Source: an uncultured bacterium (GTDB taxonomy: Bacteria; Planctomycetota; UBA1135; GCA-002686595). Taken from it: 64,000 nt of DNA. Every line of letters begins with the position of its first letter. Positions within the stretch are counted from its first letter, which is position 1. The position numbers and the translations under genes are program-made. Location of the stretch: NCBI GenBank assembly GCA_943787795.1, contig CALSNU010000005.1:128001-192000 (forward strand). The letters are read 5' to 3'. Below, piece by piece: positions 39,767-49,740 of this stretch. The notes under the pieces are model-generated. The model ran no database searches and was not told where the DNA came from. It saw only the letters and a program-made list of their open reading frames with translations.

Positions 39767-41083
39767 TCAGTCCGCGGAGCCGCCGCCGATCCCCAGGATC
39801 GCGCCGTAGACCATGTCCTCGTAGCTGCGGTAGACCTCGTAGGCCTCCGGGTCGTCGAAGGGCAGCAGCTGACTGAAGCTGAAGACCGCGATGCCGCGCT
39901 CGGGGTCGATCGTGTAGTAGGTGTTGAAGAGGCCGGACCAGTAGCCGACCCCTTCGGGCCGCGCGCCGTCCTCGCCGCCCACCTCGATCGCCCAGGAGAG
40001 GCTGTACCCGTCGTCGTACTCCTCGAGGGAGGTGCGCTCGCGTTCCTGCTGCTGCTCTGGATCAGGGGGCAACGTCACGCGGACTCCGTCCGGGAGTTGG
40101 TCCGTCATCATCAGGGACACCATCTCCTCGCCCAGGATCCTGACGCCGTCGAGCTCCCCGCCGTTGAGGAGACAGCGCAGGAACCGAGCGTAGTCCCGCG
40201 GAGTACTGAGCAGGGAGCCCCCCCCGTAGAAGCGCTCCATGGGGACCGGGCGGACGTCGGGCATGGGGACGAGCACGCCCGTGCCCGGGATCCGGGTGTG
40301 CAGGGTGACCCGCCCATCCATGAGCGGTTCGGTGAGGTTGTAGCCCGTGGAGTCGAGCCCGAGCGGTCCGAGGATGTGCCCCTTGAAGTAGGTGTCGAGA
40401 TCCTCCCCTGAGAGGCGCTCCACGACCCTCGCCGCGACGCCCACGCCGCGGCCGTAGACCCACGCCTCGCCCGCGTCGAAGATCCGGCGAGGCTGGACAC
40501 CGAACCCCCAGTCGTACTCTCCTTCCTCGAGCTTGTCCGGCAGCGGCATGCCCGTGATGGGGTTGAGGCGGATCTCCGCGAGGATCGTCGGGCTCGTGAA
40601 GAAGTAGGCGAAGCCGGACGTGTGCCGCAGCAGATCACGGAGGGTCAGGGGGCGGGCCGGGGGACGCCGGGTCCCATCCTCCTCGAGGATCTGGATCTGT
40701 CGTAGCTCCGGCATGATCTCCTCGAGCGGATCGTCCAGCCCGATCCGTCCCTGCTCGACGAGCTGCAGCGCCGCTGTCGCGGTGATGGCCTTCGTCATCG
40801 ACTGGATCTCGAAGATGCTGTCGGGGGACATGGGCGTCGGGTCGCCGATGCCATGCACCCCGTGGGACAGGAACTCCTCCGCGCCGTCACGGGTGATCGT
40901 GCCCACCACGACGCCGGGGATCGAGGTCTGGTCGACGACAGCGCCCATGGCCTCGCCGCGGGCCAGGGACGAGGCTTCGAGGCGCTCCTGGAGCCGCGGC
41001 GCGGTGGAGGGCGCAGGGGTCGAGCAGGAGCCGGCGAGGAGGCCAAGGGCGACGGCGAGCGGCGCGGGCGAGCGGGGAGTCAT
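39767..41083 (-). CDS. Serine hydrolase, beta-lactamase (class C-like) family lipoprotein
   Basis: Lipobox-like LLAGSC, SxxK (FEIQSMTK), LLRHTSG, WVYG, GGGSLLST..DY.RF, WSG. Confidence 0.88.
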   Translation of the reverse strand: MTPRSPAPLAVALGLLAGSCSTPAPSTAPRLQERLEASSLARGEAMGAVVDQTSIPGVVVGTITRDGAEEFLSHGVHGIGDPTPMSPDSIFEIQSMTKAITATAALQLVEQGRIGLDDPLEEIMPELRQIQILEEDGTRRPPARPLTLRDLLRHTSGFAYFFTSPTILAEIRLNPITGMPLPDKLEEGEYDWGFGVQPRRIFDAGEAWVYGRGVGVAARVVERLSGEDLDTYFKGHILGPLGLDSTGYNLTEPLMDGRVTLHTRIPGTGVLVPMPDVRPVPMERFYGGGSLLSTPRDYARFLRCLLNGGELDGVRILGEEMVSLMMTDQLPDGVRVTLPPDPEQQQERERTSLEEYDDGYSLSWAIEVGGEDGARPEGVGYWSGLFNTYYTIDPERGIAVFSFSQLLPFDDPEAYEVYRSYEDMVYGAILGIGGGSAD

Positions 41084-41231
41084 GGGGGCGGTGGCGAAGG
41101 GAAGGACGCCCGGCCGTGCGAGGTGTGCCAGGGCGCGGGACAGAGCCTAGCCGGATCGACCATCGGCTCCGATAGCGCGCCGCCGCCCGGTCAGGGAACC
41201 TCCGGGTGAGAGTGTCCGGGGCGCCGGGATG

Positions 41232-41275
41232 TCCCGCGGCCCCGCCCCCGGTGAACCGGAGGCGGGGCCGCGGGA
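41232..41275 (-). terminator. Long GC-rich hairpin downstream of the lectin gene
   Basis: About 20-bp inverted repeat TCCCGCGGCCCCGCCCCCGG...CCGGAGGCGGGGCCGCGGGA with one mismatch. Confidence 0.65.
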
Positions 41276-41315
41276 ATTCCTGGGGTCGGCCGTCCGCTGG
41301 ACGGCCGGCGGAGGG

Positions 41316-42605
41316 TCACTGGAAGGTGACCTCGAGCCCGTCCGTGAAGTTCGAGGTTGTTGAGCCGCCTACCGCGTCACGGTGCCAGGCCTGGAAGTTC
41401 CAGGTGTCGCCGGGAAGGACGCCCACGGTGCCGAGGGCGGGGTCGGGGAAGGCGGTGAGGTCGGCCGGGATGGTGAACTCGCCCGCTGGACCGCTGTTCA
41501 CGATCTGCTGCTGGAAGCGCCCGACGGCGCCGCCGAGACAGAGATTGCCCTGGGAGCCGCCTGGGGTCGGGGCGAAGCCCTGCTGTCGAGACGTGATGAA
41601 GAACCCGAAGCTGTTGGCGGGTAGTCCGCTGGCCGTCAGGTTGAAGTCGTTCAGTGCGACAGAGGGCGACCCATCGGCGCCCATGGAACCCGCGGCGCCC
41701 GTGGAGTTCGGGTTGGCGGCGCAGTAGTTCGAGCCGAGGCCGCCGCCCGCGTACTCCACGAGGAAGCTGGTCGTGTTGACGTGGTTCTCCTCCGCGTCGT
41801 TCCACTGGCCGCTCCCGAACATCTCCGCGTAGTCCTCGGCGCCGCCGTTGGCTGCGTTGTTGTTGGGCTCGCCGGGGAACCAGTTGGTGAAGGTCGCATC
41901 GGTCCCGTCGATCCAGACCCAGCCGCCGTCGGGCTCGGAGTACTGGGGGTGGGTGGTGTCCTGGAAGAGTCCGACCCAGGGGCGCCCGACGGGCAGGTTG
42001 TTCACGACCCAGTCGAGATCGGCCTGGTCGGAGAGGACGGCGAGGCGGCCTGGCTGACCGAGCCAGACGAGGTCAGCGGCCCTGTCACGGGCCTGGGTCC
42101 AGGAGAGATTGTCGTCGACCAGCTCGTAGTAGCGGCCGTTGTTCGGGTTCAGGGCAGGGATGTACTCGGACAGGGTGAAGGTCCCCGTGCCGGTGCTCCC
42201 CACGGATCGAGAGCCAAAGCGGATCAGGTACTGCTGGCCCGCCGCTGCGGCGAATCGCACGTTCGAACCGATGTTGCAGTCGATCGCCGAGCAGGCGAGC
42301 TGCATCAGGTTGTTGCAGTCGTTGCCGTCATAGACGGCGACGCGCGTCTCGAGGGAGGTCTGGCCGCACACCTCCACGGTGACCCGGGCGTTGTTGGGCG
42401 CCGTCCAGAGGAACCAGACGTCCTTGCGGACGGGAAGGCCGTTGCAGTCGGAGAGGCCGGGGGTGGGCGTCGCGCTCGTGTTGTCGAAGGGGTGCGGCCC
42501 AAGGCCGGAGATGGGCTGGGCGTTGGCGCAGTCGTCCGCACCCTGGGCGAAGGCTCCGGAGACGGTGAGCGTGGCGAGGGCGAGCAGGTAGATCGAGCGG
42601 CGCAT
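41316..42605 (-). CDS. Secreted C-type lectin domain protein with N-terminal Cys-containing beta domain and a distinct C-terminal domain
   Basis: Signal peptide ending AFA-Q; DDCANA...DVWF; CTL motifs NGRYY, WVG, WFPGEPNN, WND; C-terminal GSNYC..NSTG...GNLCLGG...WNFQAWHRD...SNFTDG. Confidence 0.85.
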   Translation of the reverse strand: MRRSIYLLALATLTVSGAFAQGADDCANAQPISGLGPHPFDNTSATPTPGLSDCNGLPVRKDVWFLWTAPNNARVTVEVCGQTSLETRVAVYDGNDCNNLMQLACSAIDCNIGSNVRFAAAAGQQYLIRFGSRSVGSTGTGTFTLSEYIPALNPNNGRYYELVDDNLSWTQARDRAADLVWLGQPGRLAVLSDQADLDWVVNNLPVGRPWVGLFQDTTHPQYSEPDGGWVWIDGTDATFTNWFPGEPNNNAANGGAEDYAEMFGSGQWNDAEENHVNTTSFLVEYAGGGLGSNYCAANPNSTGAAGSMGADGSPSVALNDFNLTASGLPANSFGFFITSRQQGFAPTPGGSQGNLCLGGAVGRFQQQIVNSGPAGEFTIPADLTAFPDPALGTVGVLPGDTWNFQAWHRDAVGGSTTSNFTDGLEVTFQ

Positions 42606-42719
42606 GGTCGGTGTGGAAGGAGGATAGAGAGGACCGTTGGACGGTAGCAGCGCCCCTTGGATCCCGCCATCCGCCCGCCCCTGGACCCTCCCGGTCCAGC
42701 CCTCAGCTAGCGCTGGCGC

Positions 42720-43592
42720 TCAGTTCGTGCAGAAGGCCCGGCTGTCGACGAACTCGCGCGTTCGCCGGACCTCCTCCTCGCAGACGCGCTGGCCGAGGTC
42801 ACGCAGGTACGCGAGGTCCTGCGGCGCGAGCTGCCGCCAGCGCCGGGGGGGGACGATGGACTCGACGTCGTCGGCGCCGAGGCTCATGGCGAGCATCACG
42901 AGCGCGAGGAAGCTCCCAGCCTGGCTCGGGTGCTCACGGTCGGCTGCGTACAGGTCGAGGTCGGGCCGCTCGCGTCGTGCGATCCCGAAGGCCTCTCCGA
43001 CCGGCACGACTTGAACGTTCTGCCCGAGCGCCACCCCTCGGTGGGCAGCGACGATCTCCTCCAACGACAGCCACCCCAGCCGCTCGTAGTCCCAGGTCAT
43101 GAAGAGGACCGGGCGGGCTCCCGCATCCCGGACCAGCTCGATGAGCTTGCCTGCGTGCTCCTCAAACGAGGCCACGGTGGACTCGGGGATGTCCGCTTGG
43201 AGGACGACGACGTCCGCCTCACCGACGTCGATCCGGTCGAGCACCTCCTCACGATGCCAGTGGGTCTCCAGGGAGGCGCCGCCCTCGACGCAGGGCTCCA
43301 CCGTGACCCCGCGATCCTCGCTGTCGAGGGCCGCGGCGAGCGGCTTCCAGAGGCCGCCGTTCCAGAAGGTGAAGCTGTTGCCCACCATGAGGACGCGGCC
43401 CGGAGGGGGGACGTCCCAGCGGTGCGCCGGGCGAGCTTGGGCGTCCTCCGCTGTCGCCTCGCCGGGCGAGCTGGGAACCGCTCGGTCGGGGGGGAGCGGG
43501 GCCGCGCTACAGGCGGCGAGGGCGGGCACCGCGGCGAGGGCAGCCGGCCCCGCCAGCGCGCGGAGAACCGCGCCCGCAGCTGCCGGTCTCAA
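42720..43592 (-). CDS. SGNH/GDSL-like hydrolase lipoprotein
   Basis: TTG start overlapping the upstream stop, lipobox LAAC, VGNSFT, DVVVLQ, FMTW, DxxH (DREHPS). Confidence 0.75.
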   Translation of the reverse strand: MRPAAAGAVLRALAGPAALAAVPALAACSAAPLPPDRAVPSSPGEATAEDAQARPAHRWDVPPPGRVLMVGNSFTFWNGGLWKPLAAALDSEDRGVTVEPCVEGGASLETHWHREEVLDRIDVGEADVVVLQADIPESTVASFEEHAGKLIELVRDAGARPVLFMTWDYERLGWLSLEEIVAAHRGVALGQNVQVVPVGEAFGIARRERPDLDLYAADREHPSQAGSFLALVMLAMSLGADDVESIVPPRRWRQLAPQDLAYLRDLGQRVCEEEVRRTREFVDSRAFCTN

Positions 43593-46500
43593 CGGTCGGC
43601 CCCGAGCTCGACCATGGCGTGCACCCACTCGGTCTCAAGGGCCGGGGCCATGGGGACGACCCAACGATGCGCGGGTCGAGTGTTCCACTCCGCCCGCCAG
43701 GCGCGGTGCTCGGGCGTGTCGGGGAAGGACTCGGTGTCGGGGTAGGGGTACCCGCTCATGGCGTGGAACGGGAGCGGCTCGACCTCGAGGGCCTCGTACG
43801 TGTTGTGGTCCCGGTCCTTGGCCCAGCCGTCGAGGAACACCAGGTAGTCCCGCACGTGCCCCTCCGGGACCGGCGGGAGCTTGGAGGCGTCGAAGCGGAG
43901 GGTGAGCGCGTCGCCCGAGCCCATGATCACGTACTGATCGTCGACCGCGGTGAGCAGGGGGCCGACGGCCCCGTAGCGGGTGTAGTCCCCCGGGTGCTGG
44001 TCCCAGCGGGGCTCCATGGCGACCTTGTCCCAGTCGAAGAAGAGGGGGAGGTCTTGCCGGTCGGGGACCTGGCCCTCGGAGAACCCGCGGGACCACAGGC
44101 GCGTCCCGATCGGCTCCATGGAGGAGGTGATCAGGCCGGCGTCGTCGTCGCAGGTCGCGAGCTCGATGCAGTCCCAGTAGAGCTCGAGGGTCGAGCCCAG
44201 GCGCATCCGCGGGTCCTCACGGTTCAGGATCTCCGAGACGTCGATCACCATGGTCTTCGTCTTGCCCGCGGGGAAGCCCACGGGCGGCCCGGCGGGGACC
44301 CAGGTCCCGTCGGGGCCAGGGATCTCGATCACGGGCGGGATGAACTCGACGCCCGGTGTCGCGGCGGACGCCACGTTCGCGCTGGCGTCACTCCAGAAGA
44401 ACCAGCCCGTGGCGACCATGCGCAGCAGCTTCGCGTCCTTGACGTCCGCGGGGTCAAATTCCAGCTCGAGCCAGTGGGGCTCCGCGAGCCCGAGGTACTG
44501 GCCCGCGAGGCGCTCGAAGGGGACCGGGTGGACGGAGTCGCGGTCGCGGAGCTCGGCGGTCCAATCCGCGCCGTCGGAGCCGGTGGCCTTGCGCACCTTG
44601 GCGACCCGCTCCACCACGTGGGTGTGGGGCTCGGGGAAGGGCGGGAACTTGAAGCGCTCGTTGGGATAGATCGCCGTGCCCGCCGGGTGGTCCACCACGT
44701 CGAGGCGCACCCGGTCCAGGTAGGTGACCTCGCGCAGCTCCTCGGTAAACTGGAGCACCAGCTCGTCGTTCTCGTCGGGGACGAGCTGATCCCCACGCAC
44801 GAGCACGTACTCGTCGTGGTCCGGCGGCACCAGCATTCCTGGCGCCATGGGCAGGCCCAGGGGCGTGATCCCGATCACGTCGCTGATGAACTCGAACGTC
44901 TCCCCGTTCCAGGTGTAGAGGAACGGGCAGGAGCCAATGAGGCCCTCGGGCTGGACGCCGAAGTCGGAGTTGTCGAGGAAGAACTGGACGCCGGCCTCGA
45001 CGTCGAGCTCCTGCTGGACCACGCCGTTGGGCCAGGAGACTCGGACCACATCCGCATAGGGCCGGTCGCCGATGCCGACGATGGCGGCCTCGCCACGGAG
45101 GTACACGCGGCGGTAGAGGTCCTGGGCGCGTACCTCGAGGACCGCGCCGACCGCCTGCCTGTTGTCCTTCTGGCCGACAAACTTCAGCAGCAGCGCGTTC
45201 TTCGCCGCGTTGGTGGGGGAGATGGCCACCAGCCCCTCGTCGGTCAGCTGCATCACCTCGAGGGTGAGCGGCGCGTAGGGGTCCGGCCGGTCGATGTCCC
45301 TCACCAGCAGGTCGCGGCCGCCTCCAAGGGGGACCTCGAACGCCAGCGGTGCCGGCTGGGTCAGGTTGAGCAGGCCGCGGCAGCTCCCTGCCGGGTCCAT
45401 CCACACCAGGTCGACCGCCCCGTTCATGTCGAGGTCCGTGACCTCCACATGGCTCTCCTCGGCGACGTTCACGTCCAGATCCGCGGGCTCATAGGTCCCC
45501 TCGGCCGTGCGGCGGAACCAGCGCGAACCGCCGGCCCCGGGGACGAGCAGGTCCGGGCGGCCATCGGCGTCGAGGTCCGCCACGGTGGGCTCCCGGAGGA
45601 GGGTCGCTCCAGCGAGGCCGCTCGCTCTCAGGTCCTCGAAGAGCCCGCGCCGCAGGGAGTCCATGAGGTGGGTGGCCCCCGCTCCGCCAAAGAGCAGGTC
45701 AACGTCGTTGTCGCCGTCGAGGTCCTCGGCGGCGCACCAGCCGAAGTCACCGGCGGGGAGCGACGCGGCCTCGCTGGCGTCTCTCCAGGCGCCGCGCGGC
45801 TGGACATTGCCGTCCTTGTCGACCAGGGCGCCGGCGCCGTCGTTGCGGAGGAGCCGCGCTCCGAAGGCGCCGACCACAAGCAGGTCGAGGTCGCCGTCGT
45901 GGTCGAAGTCCACGGTCTCGAGGTCGCGGATCTCTCCTTCGAAGGCCGGGAGCGGGACCGGGGAGAGGGTCCAGCGGGGACCCTCATCGTCATCCGACTG
46001 CTCGAAGAGCACGAGGCGGTCACCCGCAGCTGCCAGGACGTCGAGGGTGTCGCCGCTGAGGCGTTGGTTCAGGTCGAGGGCACGGACCGGGCCGGTGATC
46101 CCGGACGCTGCCAGCTCTGTGGTCTCCAGCGAGGAGTCGTCGCTGCCGTCGCGGAGGTGAACGGCGAGGGATCCGTCGGCCACCGTGATCAGGTCGAGGG
46201 TGCGGTCTCCGTCGAGGTCGCGGATCTCCAGCGCGCTGACGTCGTCGCCGAGCGGGGCGACGGTGCTCGGGGCGATGGTGCGCGGGGCGCCAAACTCCGG
46301 CGCCACGGCGGGGCGCGTGGGGAAGGAGCCGAAGGGCGCGGGCGGCGTGACACGCGCCAGGAGCCCCTGGTCCAGCTCGACGTCATTGGTGGGCTTGAAG
46401 CCCTTCTCTCGCAGGGACGTCCAGAGGCTGTCCCAGCTGCGCAGCTCCTGTTCGTCGTCTTCGTAGGCGGCCGTGTAGCGGTAGCGCTGGTAGACGGCGG

Positions 46501-47062
46501 TCACGTACCACTGGAGGCCGAGCTCGATGCCGAGGGCAACGACCTCATCCAGCGCCCCGACGGCGCGGTCCAGGTCCTCCTCAAGGCCGAGCAGCGCCCG
46601 CGCCAGGCCCAGCTTCGACGGCGGGTCCCCTGGGGCGAGCTCGAGGACCCGATCGTAGAGCGCGGGGACCTCCTCCATGCGATCCGGATCGTAAGAGGCG
46701 AGCCTGGCCTGCAGGTAGTTGGCGCCGGGGTCGTCGGGCGCCGCCTCGAGGGCGCGGGCCACCAGGGCGATGGACCCCTCGAGGTCCTGGGTCTTCAGGG
46801 TGACCTGAGCGGCTGTGATCAGGTCGACCACCGCGGGGCTCTCGCCCTCGATCAGGGGGGAGATCTCCTCGAGCGCCGCCCTGTACTCCTCTTTCGAGAA
46901 GAGCACGGCGACGCGCTCACGGGTCAGCGTGGCCTCGACGGAGGGGCGGGCTTGGTCGGTGGAGGAGCCCGGTTCGCCGCAGCCACCAATGAGGGGTGCG
47001 AGGACGAGGGTCGCGAGGGCAGCAGCCCTCAAGATCGGGTCCTGGGCCGGAGTGTCAGTCAT
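43589..47062 (-). CDS. TPR + FG-GAP repeats + ASPIC/UnbV-like lipoprotein
   Basis: LIGGC lipobox, TPR-like helices, repeated DLDGD..DL motifs, NRQAVGA..EV...VSWPNG, C-terminal GSCPFLYTWNG...DGWAKD domain. Confidence 0.88.
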   Translation of the reverse strand: MTDTPAQDPILRAAALATLVLAPLIGGCGEPGSSTDQARPSVEATLTRERVAVLFSKEEYRAALEEISPLIEGESPAVVDLITAAQVTLKTQDLEGSIALVARALEAAPDDPGANYLQARLASYDPDRMEEVPALYDRVLELAPGDPPSKLGLARALLGLEEDLDRAVGALDEVVALGIELGLQWYVTAVYQRYRYTAAYEDDEQELRSWDSLWTSLREKGFKPTNDVELDQGLLARVTPPAPFGSFPTRPAVAPEFGAPRTIAPSTVAPLGDDVSALEIRDLDGDRTLDLITVADGSLAVHLRDGSDDSSLETTELAASGITGPVRALDLNQRLSGDTLDVLAAAGDRLVLFEQSDDDEGPRWTLSPVPLPAFEGEIRDLETVDFDHDGDLDLLVVGAFGARLLRNDGAGALVDKDGNVQPRGAWRDASEAASLPAGDFGWCAAEDLDGDNDVDLLFGGAGATHLMDSLRRGLFEDLRASGLAGATLLREPTVADLDADGRPDLLVPGAGGSRWFRRTAEGTYEPADLDVNVAEESHVEVTDLDMNGAVDLVWMDPAGSCRGLLNLTQPAPLAFEVPLGGGRDLLVRDIDRPDPYAPLTLEVMQLTDEGLVAISPTNAAKNALLLKFVGQKDNRQAVGAVLEVRAQDLYRRVYLRGEAAIVGIGDRPYADVVRVSWPNGVVQQELDVEAGVQFFLDNSDFGVQPEGLIGSCPFLYTWNGETFEFISDVIGITPLGLPMAPGMLVPPDHDEYVLVRGDQLVPDENDELVLQFTEELREVTYLDRVRLDVVDHPAGTAIYPNERFKFPPFPEPHTHVVERVAKVRKATGSDGADWTAELRDRDSVHPVPFERLAGQYLGLAEPHWLELEFDPADVKDAKLLRMVATGWFFWSDASANVASAATPGVEFIPPVIEIPGPDGTWVPAGPPVGFPAGKTKTMVIDVSEILNREDPRMRLGSTLELYWDCIELATCDDDAGLITSSMEPIGTRLWSRGFSEGQVPDRQDLPLFFDWDKVAMEPRWDQHPGDYTRYGAVGPLLTAVDDQYVIMGSGDALTLRFDASKLPPVPEGHVRDYLVFLDGWAKDRDHNTYEALEVEPLPFHAMSGYPYPDTESFPDTPEHRAWRAEWNTRPAHRWVVPMAPALETEWVHAMVELGADR

Positions 47063-47191
47063 GGAGCGCGGGGGAGTGTGGGGCATCGGGTACGCCACGT
47101 GTCGGGAGGTGTTGGCGCGGTCAGCGGTCGGGCCTGCGTACCCGGGGACAGGCTACGGCGAGAGAGTGGGCCGTCCAATGTCCAACCTCCC

Positions 47192-47243
47192 AATGGGCGC
47201 AGCCCAGCCGGCTAATGGGCGCAGCCCAGCCGGCCGATGGGCG
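47192..47243. repeat. Direct 22-bp repeat, 2 copies plus partial, each containing the inverted repeat TGGGC-GCA-GCCCA
   Basis: aatgggcgcagcccagccggct / aatgggcgcagcccagccggcc in a divergent intergenic region. Confidence 0.85.
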
Positions 47244-47298
47244 GATCCGCGCCGGGCCTGGGATGTGACGCGGGCGGCTGTGTGGCAGACTCCGGGGT

Positions 47299-49740
47299 AT
47301 GGACGAATTGGCAGAGGCTCCGGGCCGACTCCGCACAGACGGCTTGCGAGCGTGGGGCGCGCTCCTGATCTGGCTGACCGCTGGCGCGACAGCCGTCTGG
47401 CTCGGAGCGCCACCGCCGGCGCTGCCCGAAGATGCGCCAGCGGAGGTCGCGTCCGGAGGGCGCGCCGGCGCCCTTCTCGAACGCATCGCTCGGGAAGAGG
47501 GCGGCGCAGCACCGCAGCCGCGACCGGTGGGGACCGCCGCGAACGCGCGCTGCCGGGAGCGCATCCTCGACGAGTGGCGGCGTATCGGCTTCACCCCCGA
47601 GGTCTCCGAGCGGGTCACCGTCGTTGGAGATTGGAGCCTCGCTGGATCCACAAAGAACATTCTGACTCGCCTCCCCGGGACCGGTCGCAGCAGCGGCCCT
47701 GGCACCGCCATCCTGTGCATGGCGCACTACGACTCGGTGGGGGCCGGGCCCGGCATCGGTGATGACCTCTCCGGGGTCGCTGCCCTCCTGGAGGTCGCGC
47801 GGGCCCTCAAGGCACGGGGCGGGACGGGGCGCGACGTGATCTTCCTCATCGATGACGCAGAGGAGTCTGGCTTGCTGGGGGCGGCGGCGTTCACGCAGCA
47901 TCACCCCTGGGCCGCGGATGTCGGCGCGGTGATCAACCTGGAGGCCCGAGGGACGAGCGGGCCGAGTCGGATGTTCGAGACGGGGCCAGGCAACGCCGCC
48001 CTCGTGGAGGCCCTGGCCGATGTCGTCACGCGCCCGAGCACGAGCTCGGTCTCCGTGGAGGTGTATCGGCGGATGCCCAACGACACCGACTTCTCCGTCT
48101 GGCGCAGGCTCGGAGTCCCGGGCCTGAACTTCGCGTTCATCGGTGACGTCGCTCGATACCACACGCCCCTGGACGACCTCGAGCACCTGGATCCGCGGAG
48201 CCTTCAGCACCACGTGACCAACGCCATGGAGGCGGTGCTCGCCCTCGACCAGGCGCCCCTCCCCGCGAGACCCTCTGGCGCTCAGACCGCGGACAAGGCC
48301 AGCGCCCCGGCCTCCGCAGACGCCGTGTTTCTGGACCTCGGCGGCCGCTCAGTCGTGACCATGGGGATCCCCACGATCCGGTTCCTCGGCGGCCTCTTCT
48401 TCCTGCTCTCCCTGGTGGGCATCAGCCGGGCCTTGACCCGCGGCGCGCTCGGGCTGAGGGGAATCATGCTGGCGCTCCTGGGCGTCTCGTTGGCCACGGG
48501 TTTGGCGGTCATGGTCGCCAAGTTCCACCTCGACCTGCTGCGTATCCTCGGCGCCCCGGCTGTGACCTTCTCGGCGGCGAGCGACCTCCTTGCGGTGAGC
48601 GTCGGCGCGATCGGGCTCGGGTCCCTCCTGGCCATGGTCTTGTTCCTCACGCGGGTCGTGACCTCGGCTGAGTGCGGCGCCGCCGTCGCGCTCATGGTCA
48701 CCCTCGCGGGGATGCTCTTGACCTGGGCCGCACCCGGGGCAGCCTTCTTGCTCGTCTTCCCCTCGGCGATCCTCGCGGTGACCTGGTTCATCTTCCCCAA
48801 GAAGGGCGATCTCGGCGCGCAGGTCAGCAACGCCGCGCTCTTCGCGCTGGGCATCGCCGCCTTCCTCTGGATGCCCCTTCACCTCGGGCTCCTCGACGCC
48901 TTTGGCGCAGGCTCCGGGGCGGTGCTCCTGGGCCCGCTCCTGCTCTGCGGAGCGCTGCTCCTCGCGCCGATCTGTCGGGCCTCAGGAGGGGCCTCCCCGT
49001 GGATCACCGCGGTGCTGCTGGCTGTTGGCCTCGGGGCAGGGGCCTTGGCGACCCGGGCACGTGCGCTCACCCCCGATCAGCCGGGAAAGCTCAACCTGGT
49101 CCATGTGCAGACCGCCGGCGGCGAGGCCTGTTGGTTGGCCCGTGGCTTCGCGGCGGGGGCCTTGGATTCAGAGGTGCGTACGGAGCTTGTCAGCTCCCTC
49201 GGAGGTGCCGTCCTGAGGCCTCCCTTCGAGCGGATCCCCTGGGCGGGCAGGACGGCCTTCAGCCTGAGCACGCGCCCGGTCAACGTCCCCTTCCCCGAGC
49301 TCGAGGTGGTCGACGGTCGGCTCTCCGAGGAGGGGGGCACGGCCAGGCTCCGGATGCGCACGAACCGCGGCGGCGATGAGCTCCTCCTCAACGCGGCGGG
49401 GCTCGGCGCCATGCGGGCCGAGGGGGTCACTGTGTCGCCGCGAGGGCTGTCCTGGCTCGCCCCGGGCGACGGGTGGCTTGAGTTCGAGGTGGACCTCGCG
49501 GACGAGCTCGAGGCATCAATCACGGTCTTCGACAAGCGCTTCGGTCTGAGCCGGGTCCTGACGCAGCGTGCCGAGATGTTCCTGACGGAGCGGGAGCCTC
49601 TCCTGGTCCCGGCCCACGACGGCGACGGCTCCATCCTCAAGGCCGAATACGTGCTGCGGATCGACGCCGAGAGCGGGGAGGCCAGCCTGCGGATCAAGGG
49701 CCCGGACGCCGCAGGACCCGAGGGCGGGGGAGGCCGGTGA
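47299..49740 (+). CDS. Membrane-embedded M28 family metallopeptidase
   Basis: AHYDSV, GIGDD, DAEESGL, NLEARG, NDTDF, YHTPLD followed by multiple TM helices and a soluble C-terminal domain. Confidence 0.9.
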   Translation: MDELAEAPGRLRTDGLRAWGALLIWLTAGATAVWLGAPPPALPEDAPAEVASGGRAGALLERIAREEGGAAPQPRPVGTAANARCRERILDEWRRIGFTPEVSERVTVVGDWSLAGSTKNILTRLPGTGRSSGPGTAILCMAHYDSVGAGPGIGDDLSGVAALLEVARALKARGGTGRDVIFLIDDAEESGLLGAAAFTQHHPWAADVGAVINLEARGTSGPSRMFETGPGNAALVEALADVVTRPSTSSVSVEVYRRMPNDTDFSVWRRLGVPGLNFAFIGDVARYHTPLDDLEHLDPRSLQHHVTNAMEAVLALDQAPLPARPSGAQTADKASAPASADAVFLDLGGRSVVTMGIPTIRFLGGLFFLLSLVGISRALTRGALGLRGIMLALLGVSLATGLAVMVAKFHLDLLRILGAPAVTFSAASDLLAVSVGAIGLGSLLAMVLFLTRVVTSAECGAAVALMVTLAGMLLTWAAPGAAFLLVFPSAILAVTWFIFPKKGDLGAQVSNAALFALGIAAFLWMPLHLGLLDAFGAGSGAVLLGPLLLCGALLLAPICRASGGASPWITAVLLAVGLGAGALATRARALTPDQPGKLNLVHVQTAGGEACWLARGFAAGALDSEVRTELVSSLGGAVLRPPFERIPWAGRTAFSLSTRPVNVPFPELEVVDGRLSEEGGTARLRMRTNRGGDELLLNAAGLGAMRAEGVTVSPRGLSWLAPGDGWLEFEVDLADELEASITVFDKRFGLSRVLTQRAEMFLTEREPLLVPAHDGDGSILKAEYVLRIDAESGEASLRIKGPDAAGPEGGGGR

